DNA of 64,000 nt. It comes from Yuukianura sp. NJ FZ-2021 (lineage: Eukaryota). A program made the position numbers and the translations under genes. The stretch is taken from assembly GCA_046563655.1 (NCBI GenBank), contig CM102286.1, positions 10,168,001 to 10,232,000 of the forward strand. Direction: 5' to 3'. The notes beneath the pieces are model-generated. The model had not been told where the DNA came from. It saw only the letters and a list, made by a program, of their open reading frames with translations, and did no database searches. Positions 25,322 through 37,831 of this stretch are shown here, in pieces; the stretch's first letter is position 1; each line of letters begins with the position of its first letter.

Positions 25322-25684
25322 TGTAACGCCTCAGCGCTACGGAAACACTGAAATGGCCGCAGCCACACCCTCTCAGACTCCAATCTCAGTCCGAAAACTC
25401 AGGCAGCAGTGACGAGCAATGATACCTGAACTCGGACAACAGATCAGCGAAGATAAATATAAAACATATATTTATTGAGCTGATCAATAAAGAATATATA
25501 CAAAATAAACTGCTCGTGGCAGCACGCACATAACACTGAGAAACTGCTCTCTCACCAACCGCCAAATCCAGACTCAGCTCTAAGCTCCACACTAACCTAA
25601 AACTAACTCTCCTCGCGGACACTCAAATCTCCCTCCGCTGACACTCTAACCTAAACCCTACGTGGCGGGAACCAGGGCACTTCA
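25322..25684 (+). mobile_element. Solo LTR
   Basis: TGTAACGCC...TTCA, 4-bp TSD ATAA, internal AATAAA; same terminus as 35592-35995. Confidence 0.7.
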
Positions 25685-28205
25685 ATAAGGAAAGCTATTT
25701 TATAAAAGTATTCATGTCTCTCTGTCCGCCTGTCCCGGAAAGTATCAGAACTATTATCTCCGGTAGGAGTGGGGAAGTCCCTGTTGCATGGAACGAAACA
25801 GCTTCTGTTCCACTTCAATTTCGCTTCTGTTCTACTTTTTTATAACAGAAAGTCCGGTGACGTTTCGTTTCGTTCAGTTACATCCCCATCTGTTCCTGTT
25901 CAAAAATCAGAAGCGGAACTGAAACAGAAATGCAAGAACTTTCTGTGTTGCGGGATTTTTAGCCAAAAAATATCAGAAAAGGAATTTTTTTAACGACAAA
26001 ATTTTGTTTTTAGCAGAATTTCCTTATGCTTATGGAAATTTTCATGGTTCCGGAATTACCCGGGTAATACTATTATTGCCCAGGATATTCGAAAAACCGG
26101 GTTTTCCCGGGAAAGGACGGGTTATAATGGGCAGCAAAAGTCTTAGGTCTCAGGCTATTGTAAAGCTTCTTAACAAAAGTTAAGTTGAGAGCTGGCAGTG
26201 CTGGCCATGTTTCGCTTCGTAGAATATCAACTAACTTATTCATTTACGCAAAAGAATAGAAGATAAAGTTTCATGAAACTGAGATAAATTGAGTTTGAAA
26301 AAAGGTTAACTAATTTCACCCGCTACCCGCTCAAGTAGAAAATCTTAATGAGATTAGCTGAGAGTAGTTTAAGAAAATATCTCAGCAAAGTATAGCCTAA
26401 CATACGAGTCCATGAATTTGAAATTCCCACAATTAATACATTATTGCCCAATGTTGCCCACGTCCAGAAAAATCCGTTATTTTCCAGGTTGGGTTTACGG
26501 GTTTTTTCCACAATATGTCCGACTTGGGAAAACCCACTTCGGAGCCCTCTGGATATCTAGATAAGGAAATGATGTTAGAATAATATCAGTGAGTCATTCC
26601 TTTTGCTGAACCCAAAGTTACAAAATCCGGAGCAAGTCTATCCAGGTCTATTGCTAACTTATCAATTCTAGCAATTATTTCCCATTGCAAACATACGTCG
26701 TAAAGTTAAAGTACACTATTCTTCACTACAGTAGATGTCTAAAAAGTTGAATTGAGTTTCTTCACACTTCGACTCCATTGTTAACTGTATCGTCAACCTC
26801 TCAAAATTTATCATTGCAACTGAACAATTCAAATTGAAAAACAATACAGCTTTTCCGAATGCAGCTTCGATCATATAAGCATAAAATGAAACTGACCTAA
26901 TTTAGTAACTCGAAACTTTCAATTACTAAGAAAAACGTAGAAGATTATCAAAAATAGTACAACAAAAGTCTAAAACCCGTAGGACAACGCCATCTGCGTA
27001 ATTGTAAATTTAATCTTATGGTGCATTCACATTAGACAAAAAGTTCCTAGAAACTAGTTGCTAGGAACTTCGGGTAACTTTTTAATTTTTGGATGTTCCG
27101 GTTCTAATAAGGACAAATTTTTGAGGAACTTTTCATCATAGAACTAGGAACAAGTTTCTAGGAACTTGTTCTCACAACTTTTCATTTGTAGATGTGAACG
27201 CACCTGGGAACTTTTCCGTTTTCATTCCTTCATATCAGCTGTGTCGACACAAAGTTACGTAATTAAAAACGAAATGGTTGCTTATACTGGCACATCATGC
27301 TAAACCATAATGTACTACTTTAGTAACAGATATCCCTTGACATGGAAGGAGGTCATCTAATGTGTTCCATGCCATCGTGTCAATTGAATTTCATCAACTG
27401 CCATTGCATCAACTGAATTATGTCAATTTGCATTGTATCAACGCGCAATTGTGTCAATGGCTACTAGTATCAACCAACGTAACCGAACCTAACCTAAGCT
27501 AAACTAAGCATATTAAGCATTACACTCGTTGACACAATTAGTCGTTGACACAATTGACCAGTTGATACATTTCTAGTCGACACAATTCTCGTTGACAGAA
27601 TTCAGTTGATGCAATTCAATTGATACAATTTATTTATTTATTTATTTATTTATTAGGCCCATCGGGCACTCAGCCCACGGGGCCATGGTAATCGTTTGTA
27701 CATGAAAGTCGGATTATAGAGTCTGGCTATAAATTAATTTACATAATAAATAAAAGTATAGCAGTTGATATCTTCTTGCCGTAGTTTTGGTTGGTTGACC
27801 AGTTCAGAGGCTTTCTCGGACGGATTGACTAATTTACTATCTAGCGTTGTGTCAGCCGAACTGTTTCACATCTCCGTCAAAACTAAAAGTCGCTATTTTT
27901 TCGATTAGTCACATCCCATTTCAAGCCATGTAACGCATGTCCTTTCCTTCTTCTTTTTGTTGATGGACTAATTTAGCTTAGATGTAACTTAATAGACTAA
28001 ATTAATCAATAATAATTAACTACTACTAGTTAACATATCTATTATCACTAACTGTTTTTTTTTTGTTGGCTTTTTCTTTTTTGATTTTTTTGTCTTTTTT
28101 TTTTTTTTGATTTTTTTTTTCCTTAATTTCCCAATTTAAATAGATTAAATATAGTTATATATTATTAACTAGGGATACTTCCCCTTATTCCATGCAACTA
28201 GCATT

Positions 28206-28697
28206 TTAGACTGGAAGCTCTCTTCCCAAACGTCGCAGTTCTTCATCTCGTCTGTAATTCTCAACTGTAACCCTGCGCTTTCTCTCCGTTCTGATTCTAT
28301 GCGCCTGCGTAACCAGGACATAGGCCATGACTGAAATTGGTACTAATAAGAGAATGAGTAAACAGCAAATTATAATGTCAAATACGTATTCAGTATGTGC
28401 CATCCCCTGTTGGATCTGCAATTGCGATGACAACTCTTCAGCTTGGATATCGTTCTCCAGCGCGTTTACCGCTTGATATTTCAGTTGGTCGTTATAGACG
28501 TTATCATATGTGAATCCAAATTTTTTTGAGAACTCACCACCATATCCGAAAAGTGACCTAACCTTAGTTATGAATTCCCCCAAGTTGTAAATTTTGCCGA
28601 GTGCCTTCGGGGCAAGTTGGAGTAGTCCAGATCCTGTGATTTCTGTTGAACAGAAGCACAAAATGAATACAAAAACGCTTAATCTTACTCCTTGCAT
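28206..28697 (-). CDS. LINE-borne ORF3: small type-I membrane protein of unknown function
   Basis: 163 aa, intact; ATG overlaps the ORF2 stop region; signal peptide, one TM helix with CC, polybasic tail; lies inside the TSDs. Confidence 0.75.
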   Translation of the reverse strand: MQGVRLSVFVFILCFCSTEITGSGLLQLAPKALGKIYNLGEFITKVRSLFGYGGEFSKKFGFTYDNVYNDQLKYQAVNALENDIQAEELSSQLQIQQGMAHTEYVFDIIICCLLILLLVPISVMAYVLVTQAHRIRTERKRRVTVENYRRDEELRRLGRELPV

Positions 28698-29307
28698 TCT
28701 TCAATTGTGAACAATCTGCCCTTCACAGAATTCAAAAGTTTGTTTTTCAGTGCTTTTAAATTTCCCGACTCCCGTTCCAGAAACTGTAAGATTTGTTGTT
28801 GTCTCCTGGTCTCCTCCACCATAACTGGCTCGCAAGCTCTCATCACTTTAGAATGAGGGCATTCGAAAATACAGTGAAAGGCGTCATCAGCATTTCCTTT
28901 GTTGCAAATTGTGCAGTGCTGGCTTGGGTTAAATACTAAATTTCCATTCATTCTTAGGAATGGCTGACCCATTCTGAATCCAATATTCCACCTTTTGGCC
29001 TTCCCCTTGGTCCCTTTGTGGCTGGTGCTTGTAAGAAGTAGTCATACCCTCTTATGGGTGGCTGTGTGAATTTTTCCTGCCAAGTTTCACAGATACAAAA
29101 AATGTCATTTAGTGTCACATCGTTTTCTGCCAGTACAGCATTTTTCACATTACTAAAACCTCTGGAGTTCCAGAACAAAATGCTCGTTGCTTTTTCTGTT
29201 GAGTCATGGAAATTAAGATTATTTTTGTGTGAATTATATGCTAAGTTACTATGTGGTACAATAAGGGTTGAATGAAGGTCATGATCCGGTCCCGTGGGCT
29301 GTAATTC
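28685..29307 (-). pseudogene. LINE ORF2 remnant: APE N-terminus joined out of frame to the C-terminal CCHC region; RT deleted
   Basis: FWNSRG, DIFCICETW, GRPKGGI, then CTICN...DAFHCIFECP; junction near 28982. Confidence 0.88.
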
Positions 29308-30015
29308 TCATTGAGACAGCTCATCTACTTTTCCGTTGAGGATCCCATAGCGAGTTGCCTTTCCATTAGCTGTAATTGTCAGAGTCCCTGACCTGATGAG
29401 GTGAGTCATCCTCGGATTGAGTGCCTTCTGCTCTCTTACGAATATTCTGAAAAGTCGCTCCTTTTCTCGTTCATTTTGAGTTTTTTCAGGATTAATAAAA
29501 ACAAATTTGAAAGCCTGCTTACCATTCAGTTCCTTTTTGTTTTTCAAGACACGGTATTTGTCCTTTTCCTTCACCAATTTCACCAAAACAGGCCTCACTT
29601 TTCCCTGACCTGGGCGACCAATCCGTCTTATTTGACTGATAGCTATGTTATCCAGGTTCATTTCCAGAAAAAGATCGGTAACGGTTTCTTCCAGAGTATC
29701 GTAGTTTTCATTTGCCCGCTCTTGCAATCCGTTGATGACCAAGTTGGGAGCTATGATTTCTCGCCTCATGTATTCCAAATCCTTTTCGATATCACTGATC
29801 ACTTGTTCGACCTCCTGTAATTCTCCTGTGAATGTCTCTATTTTTTTCCATGTTTCCCCCCAATCGAAAAACTGACCCACAGTCCACTTCACTTGTTCCG
29901 AAGTTGATCCCTTAAGGACCTCCTCCTTTGACTTTTTGTCCATTTCGTTCTCTTTGGGAGACTCGGCTTTCCGCTTTGCTCTAGGTGTGGTGGGAGGGGA
30001 GTGTCCTATTGGCAT
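29308..30015 (-). CDS. LINE ORF1 protein (coiled coil + L1-type RRM/CTD)
   Basis: NLVINGLQE, RRIGR...RPVLVKL and VFINPEKT..ER motifs; intact 235 aa. Confidence 0.9.
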   Translation of the reverse strand: MPIGHSPPTTPRAKRKAESPKENEMDKKSKEEVLKGSTSEQVKWTVGQFFDWGETWKKIETFTGELQEVEQVISDIEKDLEYMRREIIAPNLVINGLQERANENYDTLEETVTDLFLEMNLDNIAISQIRRIGRPGQGKVRPVLVKLVKEKDKYRVLKNKKELNGKQAFKFVFINPEKTQNEREKERLFRIFVREQKALNPRMTHLIRSGTLTITANGKATRYGILNGKVDELSQ

Positions 30016-30841
30016 TGGGAACTATAGCAGAGATGTTCACTCTTCCACTTCTAAAACCAGACTCCCAATTGATACAATGACGTGCTACCATCTAAGGTTA
30101 AGCGATAGTACGAAATGTTCCGGGTTTCAACTGTACTAATGAGGTGGTAAAGAAATTCCAGGCCATCACTGTAGGTCAACGACCATTCACGTCATCCGGG
30201 TCGACCCGGTCACACTCGCTACTGTCGTAGTACAAGTATTCTGAGGTACAATGTCGCACTGAGGTCGAAAGAAACGTAGAGATGATTGAGTGCGACCCAC
30301 TGACCCAGTCCTAACCATTATCAGACGTGATGTTGCACTTGCTTCTGCAGTTGAAGTTAATCAAATTGCGAAAAACTGCCTTAATTAGAATTAAAACCTA
30401 ATTTGGAATTTTAATTAAGTAATCCTAAACACGGTACCTTTCATTTCAAAAACAGAAGAAATTATTAAAGAATAGAAAATGGGTTTGAAATTAGCGGGTC
30501 GACCCGCAAAAGAAAAAAAAACCTTGAAGTGAGGCAATGTGAGACATGATGAGCCAATCAGGAGCGAGCAACTTTTTTGGAGAAGAAAAGTTGAGTGATC
30601 GCTTCACTCATACAACTTTCCTGTCCAGTGTGAACAGAAAAGTTTCGGGAACCTGAAACTTTTGTTCCCGAAACTTCGGGCACAAGTTCCTATTAACTTT
30701 TTCACCTAATATGAACGCGAGTTCCCTCAAGTTTCCAAAACAAGTTCCTTGATGCTAGGAACTTTTGGCCTAGTGTGAATGCAACCTTAGTTTAAACTTT
30801 TCGGCTTGTCATGATGACAGTGCAGAAACTTATCTTATCAA

Positions 30842-33800
30842 TGGAGAAGGTGACTAATGAGAGTTCCAGTGCAAATTTGGGTAAAAGTGCAAGGTTGAAT
30901 TGCACCGTGTGGATTGACAGATTCGAGGTGAGTTTTGACGTATAATTGCATTTCGAAATCGTTTAGAAAGACAAGGATGGAACCGATTGACGTTTTGGCT
31001 GCTTGCGAGCACTACTTGCTATGTTGGAATCTTTCTTCAGACGTACCTTTTGACAACATTGAAGCAAGAATGAAGAAAGTTAATAAACTGAAGGTTTCGA
31101 CTAATTCGGACGACAGAGGAGACAATAATGGTGCTTACTATAGAGTCAAAAATCTGCAGTCCTCCTTGGTCCCATTTGTGCAACTGTTTCTGGAAATTGT
31201 TGCTGAAGAGCTGGAAAAGGCAAAACAAACGCTGGAGGACGTTCAAACTGTGATTAATGCAATGGAGTTTGACCAGAGATACTTTGGTGGATTGACGTAC
31301 TTGCATGAATTGGTCAAAATACACTTTAAACTGGCTTTTCAAAATGTCCCGGGATACGAAGACATCCAGGATTACATCCAGGTGCGTGATCCACTCCCGA
31401 CAGTCTTGGACTTAAATGCAGAGTACAGTGGCTTGGAAAAACAGAACAAGTGTGTCATCGTTTTAGCTCGACGGATGCTTAACTTGACGCATAAGCGCAG
31501 TAGTCGTGACAAAGGACTCCGCATGATGAGACAGGTAACGTATAAGGCATCAAAGCAACGCAAAACTTAATTTAAAGCTTAATTCCTGAGTCAGTAAAAT
31601 CCGCAACGTATAGCGAGCGTTAGAGTTTTTAGTCTTCTGGAGACGCATGTCTACGACATGCTGAAGAAGACTATTGATACGACTTTGTCCGTCTGTCCGT
31701 TCGCTTTTTTAGGATTTTTTTGCGCAGAAACATTAGCCCCCATCTGTTCGGGGAGTTATGTATGGCTGAAGTGTTTTCAGTATGTCTACATTGCCCTCAA
31801 AGTGCAATATTACCAACGTAGAAATGGGCGATTGCTTTGCGCTGATGGTTCTTAACTCCTCAAAATTCTGTGTTAGGTCTGCATTACACTAAAAAAAATT
31901 TTTAACAGCAAAGCTTTGATCTGGACATTTTCTGACAGTATGTTTATTTACGTTGTTAATTTGTGACTGATGAGAGGGCTCAGAATCCGGCTTAAATTTG
32001 TAATACGTAAGCAGTGCTTGGCAGGGTTCAAATTTGTCTTTGCAAGGAATTTTTATAATTTTGATTATAAACTAGCGCTTTTCGGCTCAATAACTTATGC
32101 ACTAAATTTAATACACTGTGCATTTTCATGAACCGATTTCGAATTAAAAGAAGGGATATTCTACCCATCCTCCTCGGCGTTGAATTTTGTGCATCATGCG
32201 CAAAGCTCAACTTCGACATCATCAAGGTAACTAAACATAAATACACAAGCGCTTTCTAAGGTAGTCTCACGAGCGGTTTTTAATATTTTTTTGCGATATT
32301 TTTTGGTGGGGCGTATTGTTCGGTTTCCAAGGAAATAAACCTGTATAAAATTCGTGCTAAGGTTGGTTGACGTAACAATGATGTGTTAGTTCAATCAGCG
32401 TTCAGTATTTTACGCAAATCAACTATTTGTCATTGAGATGCATTGAACTCGTGGTAATTATAAGCGTAAAATTTGCTTACTCGATTTTCAAATCCCAAAA
32501 TCAATGTAAACCACTAGCCCGATGATTGGGTACACTGGATGGTCACAATGGAGGAATTTGATTTTGTACTTCGACCGAAGGAAAACGTTGTCAGAGGAAT
32601 GTTTAAAAAACAAACAATCCGCCCACCAAAAATATCGCAAAAATTGCTGAAAAAACCGCTCGTGAGACTACCTTAGACAGAGCGTGTGTATTAATGTTTA
32701 GTTACCTTGGATATCATTATTTTGACGCCGTTTGGTTTACGCGTTTTTCGCTAATACTACAATGCCATGGCAACACCGACAATACATTATGTGCATCTTG
32801 CTCAACAAATTAAGAACATAAATTTAGTGCAAATGTTTTGGTGTTCAAAACTGCAATATGATTTTGGTGCAATTAAATGGTAGAATTGCCAACCCAGTTT
32901 TGGTGCAACTCATGCACAAAATAGGACATCACACCCGCACTTTTGAGCGACATTTGAAAATTTTGAGCGACTTTTTGGTGCATCAGCTACATCAAAACGG
33001 TTTCTCAGTTCTTCTACAGTTTTGAGGCAGGCCGGTTTAAGTCGTATCAATTGTCAACTCATTCCAGAAGACCTATATCCTTGAGCATCGCCCTACCCTT
33101 GTTTTTCTGTATTTTGAATTCAGACACAATTTAAATTTTTCGCGTATGGGTATATATCGCGCATGGGTATAATTTATATATATATATCTAGGTATATATA
33201 CACGATAACCAATACATGATGAATATATATTCGGAGTACAGTGTATCTTCTCAAATGTGCATAAAATGCTACGGGTGCCTAAAGTAATTCTTTTTTTTTA
33301 AGATTATTGAGCTGGATCCAGAAAATTGGTACTGGTATTACATTTCGTACGACAATATACATTTCATGAGAAGAAATCCCGACGCCGGTGCTGATAAGGA
33401 CTACATGCCATCCACCGAAGAAATAGAGATGGTGTCCAATGCACTGAAGTACGTCGGTAGCGACCAGGCCATTAGCAGACTCAATTGCAATGCCATTCTA
33501 TGTCAGTGTTTGGCAGAAATTGTGGCATGCCAGCATAGCAAAGGACTAGACGAACCAGTAGTTTTGGACAAACCATACGACTGTGTAAATAAAATGGTGG
33601 AGCACATAAAAAATTCTGCAAGGTACAACAAATGTAAATTTTCTTTTTCTCAAATTCAGAAATATTTGATTTCTATAGCACTTTTTTTACTTTTGAAGCG
33701 CCGCCTTACCATCACAATATTGTGGATTTAACGACTTCATTCGTTTTGGAGAAATTTTAGGAATAACTCTTCCACATGGCATGCGTGACTACAAGACGTC

Positions 33801-34904
33801 TCTAGAATTTTTGAAAAAGGGCAATACAAAGCATAACAACAGTTCTAAGGGGCACCACAAAATGGGGGTCGTCATCGTCAATATTTTAAGAATGAAACAA
33901 AATTTTCTTCACAATATAGATGAAACCGAACGTGCTTACTGGCGTGCATGGGTATTTTTTTAATATTTTTGTTTCTTTAGTTTCTTTACGTTAATTTCAG
34001 TTTCTATAAGTTTTTTAAGGTTAATGAAATCTTGCTTCCTAACCTAGACAATTTAACCTAGATAAAACAGCTATTACTGTGAAACCTCTCCGTTCGCAAC
34101 GCGTTAAACATGATTGACGTATGTAACGTATGAGAACATTTTGTTTACGTTGTTATTAACAATGCCTCATAAATCTATCCCTTACGGTACCCGGGTACAT
34201 TGTGATGCGCAACTTTCTGAAGAACTGGGTATACCCAGTTCTTCAGAAAGTTAGCAGTGAGGGTTTCTACAGTAGTTGCTTAACCTTTCACCACTTACAT
34301 GTTACATTCAAAGTATTTCAGGAAGGGAGCATGAAGGATGCAATTTTCCATTTTGAAAAAGCGATTGAGCATGGGCCGGATAGTTTTCCAGCCAGGACGG
34401 ACCTCCTTCCTGCGCTCATGCGAGATTACGAGGAAAACAAAGACAAAATAGAAAACGTTCTGGACGATGCTCTGACAAACGACCATCAATGGAGCAACAA
34501 TGAGTTCGGAGCGTTTTATTTCTACAAAGCGTGCTATAAATTCCTCACAGGATCAGATGTTGAGGCAGTCAAACTATTGCGGGACGCAATGGAAAAGAAA
34601 TTCGACGGCTTCAAAGTAAGAAATATAATAAACAAATTGCATTTTTAACGTACAAAGTTTGTGGAATATACGTTAAGTTGTTGTTGATATGATTTTTCAG
34701 GACCTTGGTAGAATAAAGTCGCGCTATGGCTGGCGGAATTATCAGTTGACTTTTGACCATGTACTGGACATCCTTGACAATGTGTCTAGGCGGGAAACGG
34801 ATGGGAATGTATTGGACGAAATCAGCGATGTTCGAGACTGTGTCGCTGAGGCACAGAAGAAGACAAACGAATTCTATCGGCGGAGAAATTCCAGACAAAA
34901 TTAG
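30842..34904 (+). CDS. Multi-exon alpha-helical/TPR-like protein
   Basis: Exon-like ORFs at about 30967-31533, 33303-33621, 33680-33950, 34322-34615 and 34701-34904 with GT-AG boundaries; TPR-like segments (AIFHFEKAIEHGP, IIELDPEN); start and end uncertain. Confidence 0.6.
32223..32709. mobile_element. P-element-like MITE in an intron
   Basis: TIR CAAGGTAACTAAACAT...ATGTTTAGTTACCTTG; 8-bp TSD GACATCAT/GATATCAT (one mismatch). Confidence 0.75.
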
Positions 34905-35591
34905 AAGAAGAGAGAACTACAATCAGTCCAGCCTCGAAGCTATGCCTCACATTCCGTAGGGTCATCATGGAATTAAATAAAGCAAAATCAAATAATTAAG
35001 CTTTAAAAACATATTTTTTAAGGTTTACGATAGCTCGCCAGTGGCCTGGTCCAAAACTAAGAAGCTGAGGCTGTGGATTTCTTTTTTATTCAAAAGGAGA
35101 GATGCGGAACTTGCAAAAACATCGAGAAAGCCGGAAGATGCGCAGGCTTCGTTGGTCTTGTTGATTGGCTCATCTTGACAAAAATCGTGTCGTAAATTTG
35201 AATGAAATCTTCCGGTTCGATCATTTTAAATACAAAGTTTCTCCATTCTCCGTTCACACAATTTGACCCCGTCATCTTCTCACTTTGCAAAACTCAACTT
35301 CTTTTAAAAGATTAAGTACGAAGCTCATATATCCCAAAGACAACTTCAAAATTTCAAAAATTGAAATAAAATTGAACTACAGAACAGTTTCACTCCGTTC
35401 GTTTCAACTTCAAATGCGACATGACACTATGTATACCTCATTCTGAATTCTGTTTTGTATCTACTAAACGAAATTTTTTGTCCTTGGGAAATACGACTTT
35501 CTGCTTTCCTCTCGCTTCTGCTTTCCTCGTCGTTTCACTAAAAATTTTTCATACTTTCAAGTAAATTCAACGCACTCTGACAGCTAGAAAC

Positions 35592-35995
35592 TGTTGGCGT
35601 CTGCTAGGCTTAGTAGTCATAAGATTATATCTTATTGAGATTTCATAGAGATGCGGCGAGTGGAGTCACTGGAGATTTGAGATGCGGTGTGGTGAGAGCG
35701 AGAGATATGCTTTCTGTATATTTTAGTAGTTAGTCTGGGATGGATTGGATTTAGAGTAAGTTGGTGGAGATCAGTAGCTATGATCATTAATTATTCAGTT
35801 GTTCTTTAATTTTATTTTATCCATTCATTAAATATATATCATATATTTATTCATCGATCGGTTGAGATGCAGTGGTGATTGTTTGGTGGTCATTTGGGTC
35901 TGAGAGCCTGTGGGCTCAGAGAGATAGTCTGGTGCGGAGCGGCAGTGATTGCTCCGGTAGTGTTTTTCAGTTGTTTAGCGTCGTAGGGCGTTACA
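35592..35995 (-). mobile_element. Solo LTR
   Basis: TGTTGGCG...GGCGTTACA with 4-bp TSD AAAC; minus-strand start TGTAACGCC as at 25322. Confidence 0.75.
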
Positions 35996-36233
35996 AAACG
36001 TACACTCAGCGTGGAATTTCAAAAAATTACAAAATCAATTTCATCATCAGAGATAATACAAACTAATGAAAACTTTGAGAAGATAAGAAGACAAGTTATT
36101 TCTGCTATGCTGTTGTCGTTGGATTCAATAGACTGCCCACCACAAAATCTACTGTGAGCTAAAGTAAACAAACGCAAGTGTATTGGGCGATTTTTACATG
36201 ACATGCAACGTATATAATAGGTAGCATGTATTA

Positions 36234-37305
36234 TACCGTGTGCGCCAGCGAAAAGAGTACACCCTCAATTCAGTTTCCAAGGAAACAAGTTTTAAAATGG
36301 GCAAACAATGGGGGCGGGGGGAAAACGAGAGAGCAAAATCTGTGAAAATCGTGTTTCCTTTTTTTCAAGAAAGAGGAAATTATTAGCCTGTCGATATTTC
36401 TTTTTCGTTTATCGTTTAATTAGGAACTGCTTCGTTCTACATAACGCCTCAGTATACGATTCAGCATCGCGCAGAAATGGTAGCTTATTACTATCAACAG
36501 TCTAGTTTTAGAAAAGCCCAGAGTGTTTTCAGTGCCGTCCATCCAAATCTTCCGATTCCTAGTATTTTTACCATTCAGAGAGCTGTGAAGAAACACGAGA
36601 TACACGGCAGCCAAGAAAATCGAAAAAGAGTCGGAACCAAAAAAGCCACCAATGACATGACCGCTGCATCCATTTTACCCTACGTTTCTGCAAATCCACA
36701 TGACTCAACACGACGAATTGCACAGAGGTCAGGAATTTCAGCAACTTCTGTACGAAGAATCCTGAAACGCGAACGGTTTCATCCATATAAGATGCAATTC
36801 CATCACGCCTTAACTGACGATGACCCGAAAAGACGAATCGAATTTTGTGAGCAAATGATGGACATGTGCCTGCAGGATCCCACTTTGGTATCAAAAATTT
36901 GTTTCACTGATGAGGCCACATTCTTTTTGAATGGACGCATGAACCATCAAAACTTTCGGTTTGTAATTTCCACTTAACCTATTCTTGTGATTCCGAATCA
37001 AATTAAGATGAAATTATAATCGCACTAGGTATTGGTCGGATTCGAATCCACACTGGATGAGGGGGTCCAAATCTCAAAATGCTCCAAAGATCAACGTTTG
37101 GGCTGGTGTAATTGGTGACACCATTATTGGCCCTTTCTTCTTTGAGGGAAACATAAATGGTGAAAACTTCTTGGACATGCTGGAATCAGAAATAATTGGG
37201 CCCGCTGAAAATATGTAATATGTTTCCCCTCATAGTTTCCTTGGTATCGAAAATAAATAAGGTTTTGAAATTTTGGGTGTACTCTTTTCGCTGGCGCACA
37301 CGGTA
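36234..37305 (+). mobile_element. Tc1/mariner element (rosa/DD41D-like), 3'-deleted transposase with an intron
   Basis: Perfect TIR TACCGTGTGCGCCAGCGAAAAGAGTACACCC, TA TSD; ICFTDEATF..NHQNFR|YW..NPHW...INVWAG...IIGPFFF; downstream catalytic residues missing. Confidence 0.92.
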
Positions 37306-37831
37306 TATGTAGAAAGTTGAAATAAGAATTCAACTCAAAATAAAAAATTTACGAAGTAAGTGGGATGCCACAGAGAAGTGCTACTCCGCGAAGAACCAAT
37401 TGTTTGGGCGGGGTGTCGGTCTAGAAAGCAATATATCCAATGTAGTTGGGGTCCGTCCGACGCGGGTTCCTGTAAATTGGACACTCGAACAGCCGCGGAT
37501 CTTTGGCCTAAGTTGTGTTCACTGCAAAGATGAAGATGACTGGAACGGGTTCGTAAGAGCACTTTGGGCTTGCTGTCCACCAACTTCCCAGAACGTTTCT
37601 CTACGGAGGCTCCCTCCACGTTCAGGCAATGCACGTACACACCTGAAACAATCATATTTTACATTATGTAACAAAAAAGAAGAAGCCGGGTGGGATTGAA
37701 CCCACGTCACTTCTCCCTCTATTCAGGAAAATAGGCCAACCAAGTGACTGATTCCATTTCTCTGCGATTAGGCCAATTTCATTCCGATACACAACTTTGT
37801 TATTATAATTACCTTCCATCGGTGGTTGGTT

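Larger units (their letters stand above)
27630..30065 (-). mobile_element. Non-LTR retrotransposon (CR1/L2-group-like): ORF1, internally deleted ORF2, extra ORF3, (TAAA)n tail
   Basis: 13-bp TSD CAATTGATACAAT (27617-27629, 30066-30078); (TTTA)n on + strand at 27630-27655; inserted into a TCAAC/GTTGA-repeat MITE. Confidence 0.9.
27020..30786. mobile_element. Harbinger-like non-autonomous element hosting nested insertions
   Basis: Left GGTGCATTCACATTAGACAAAAAGTTCCTAG matches the reverse complement of right CTAGGAACTTTTGGCCTAGTGTGAATGCAACC; GGAACTT repeats at both ends. Confidence 0.55.
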
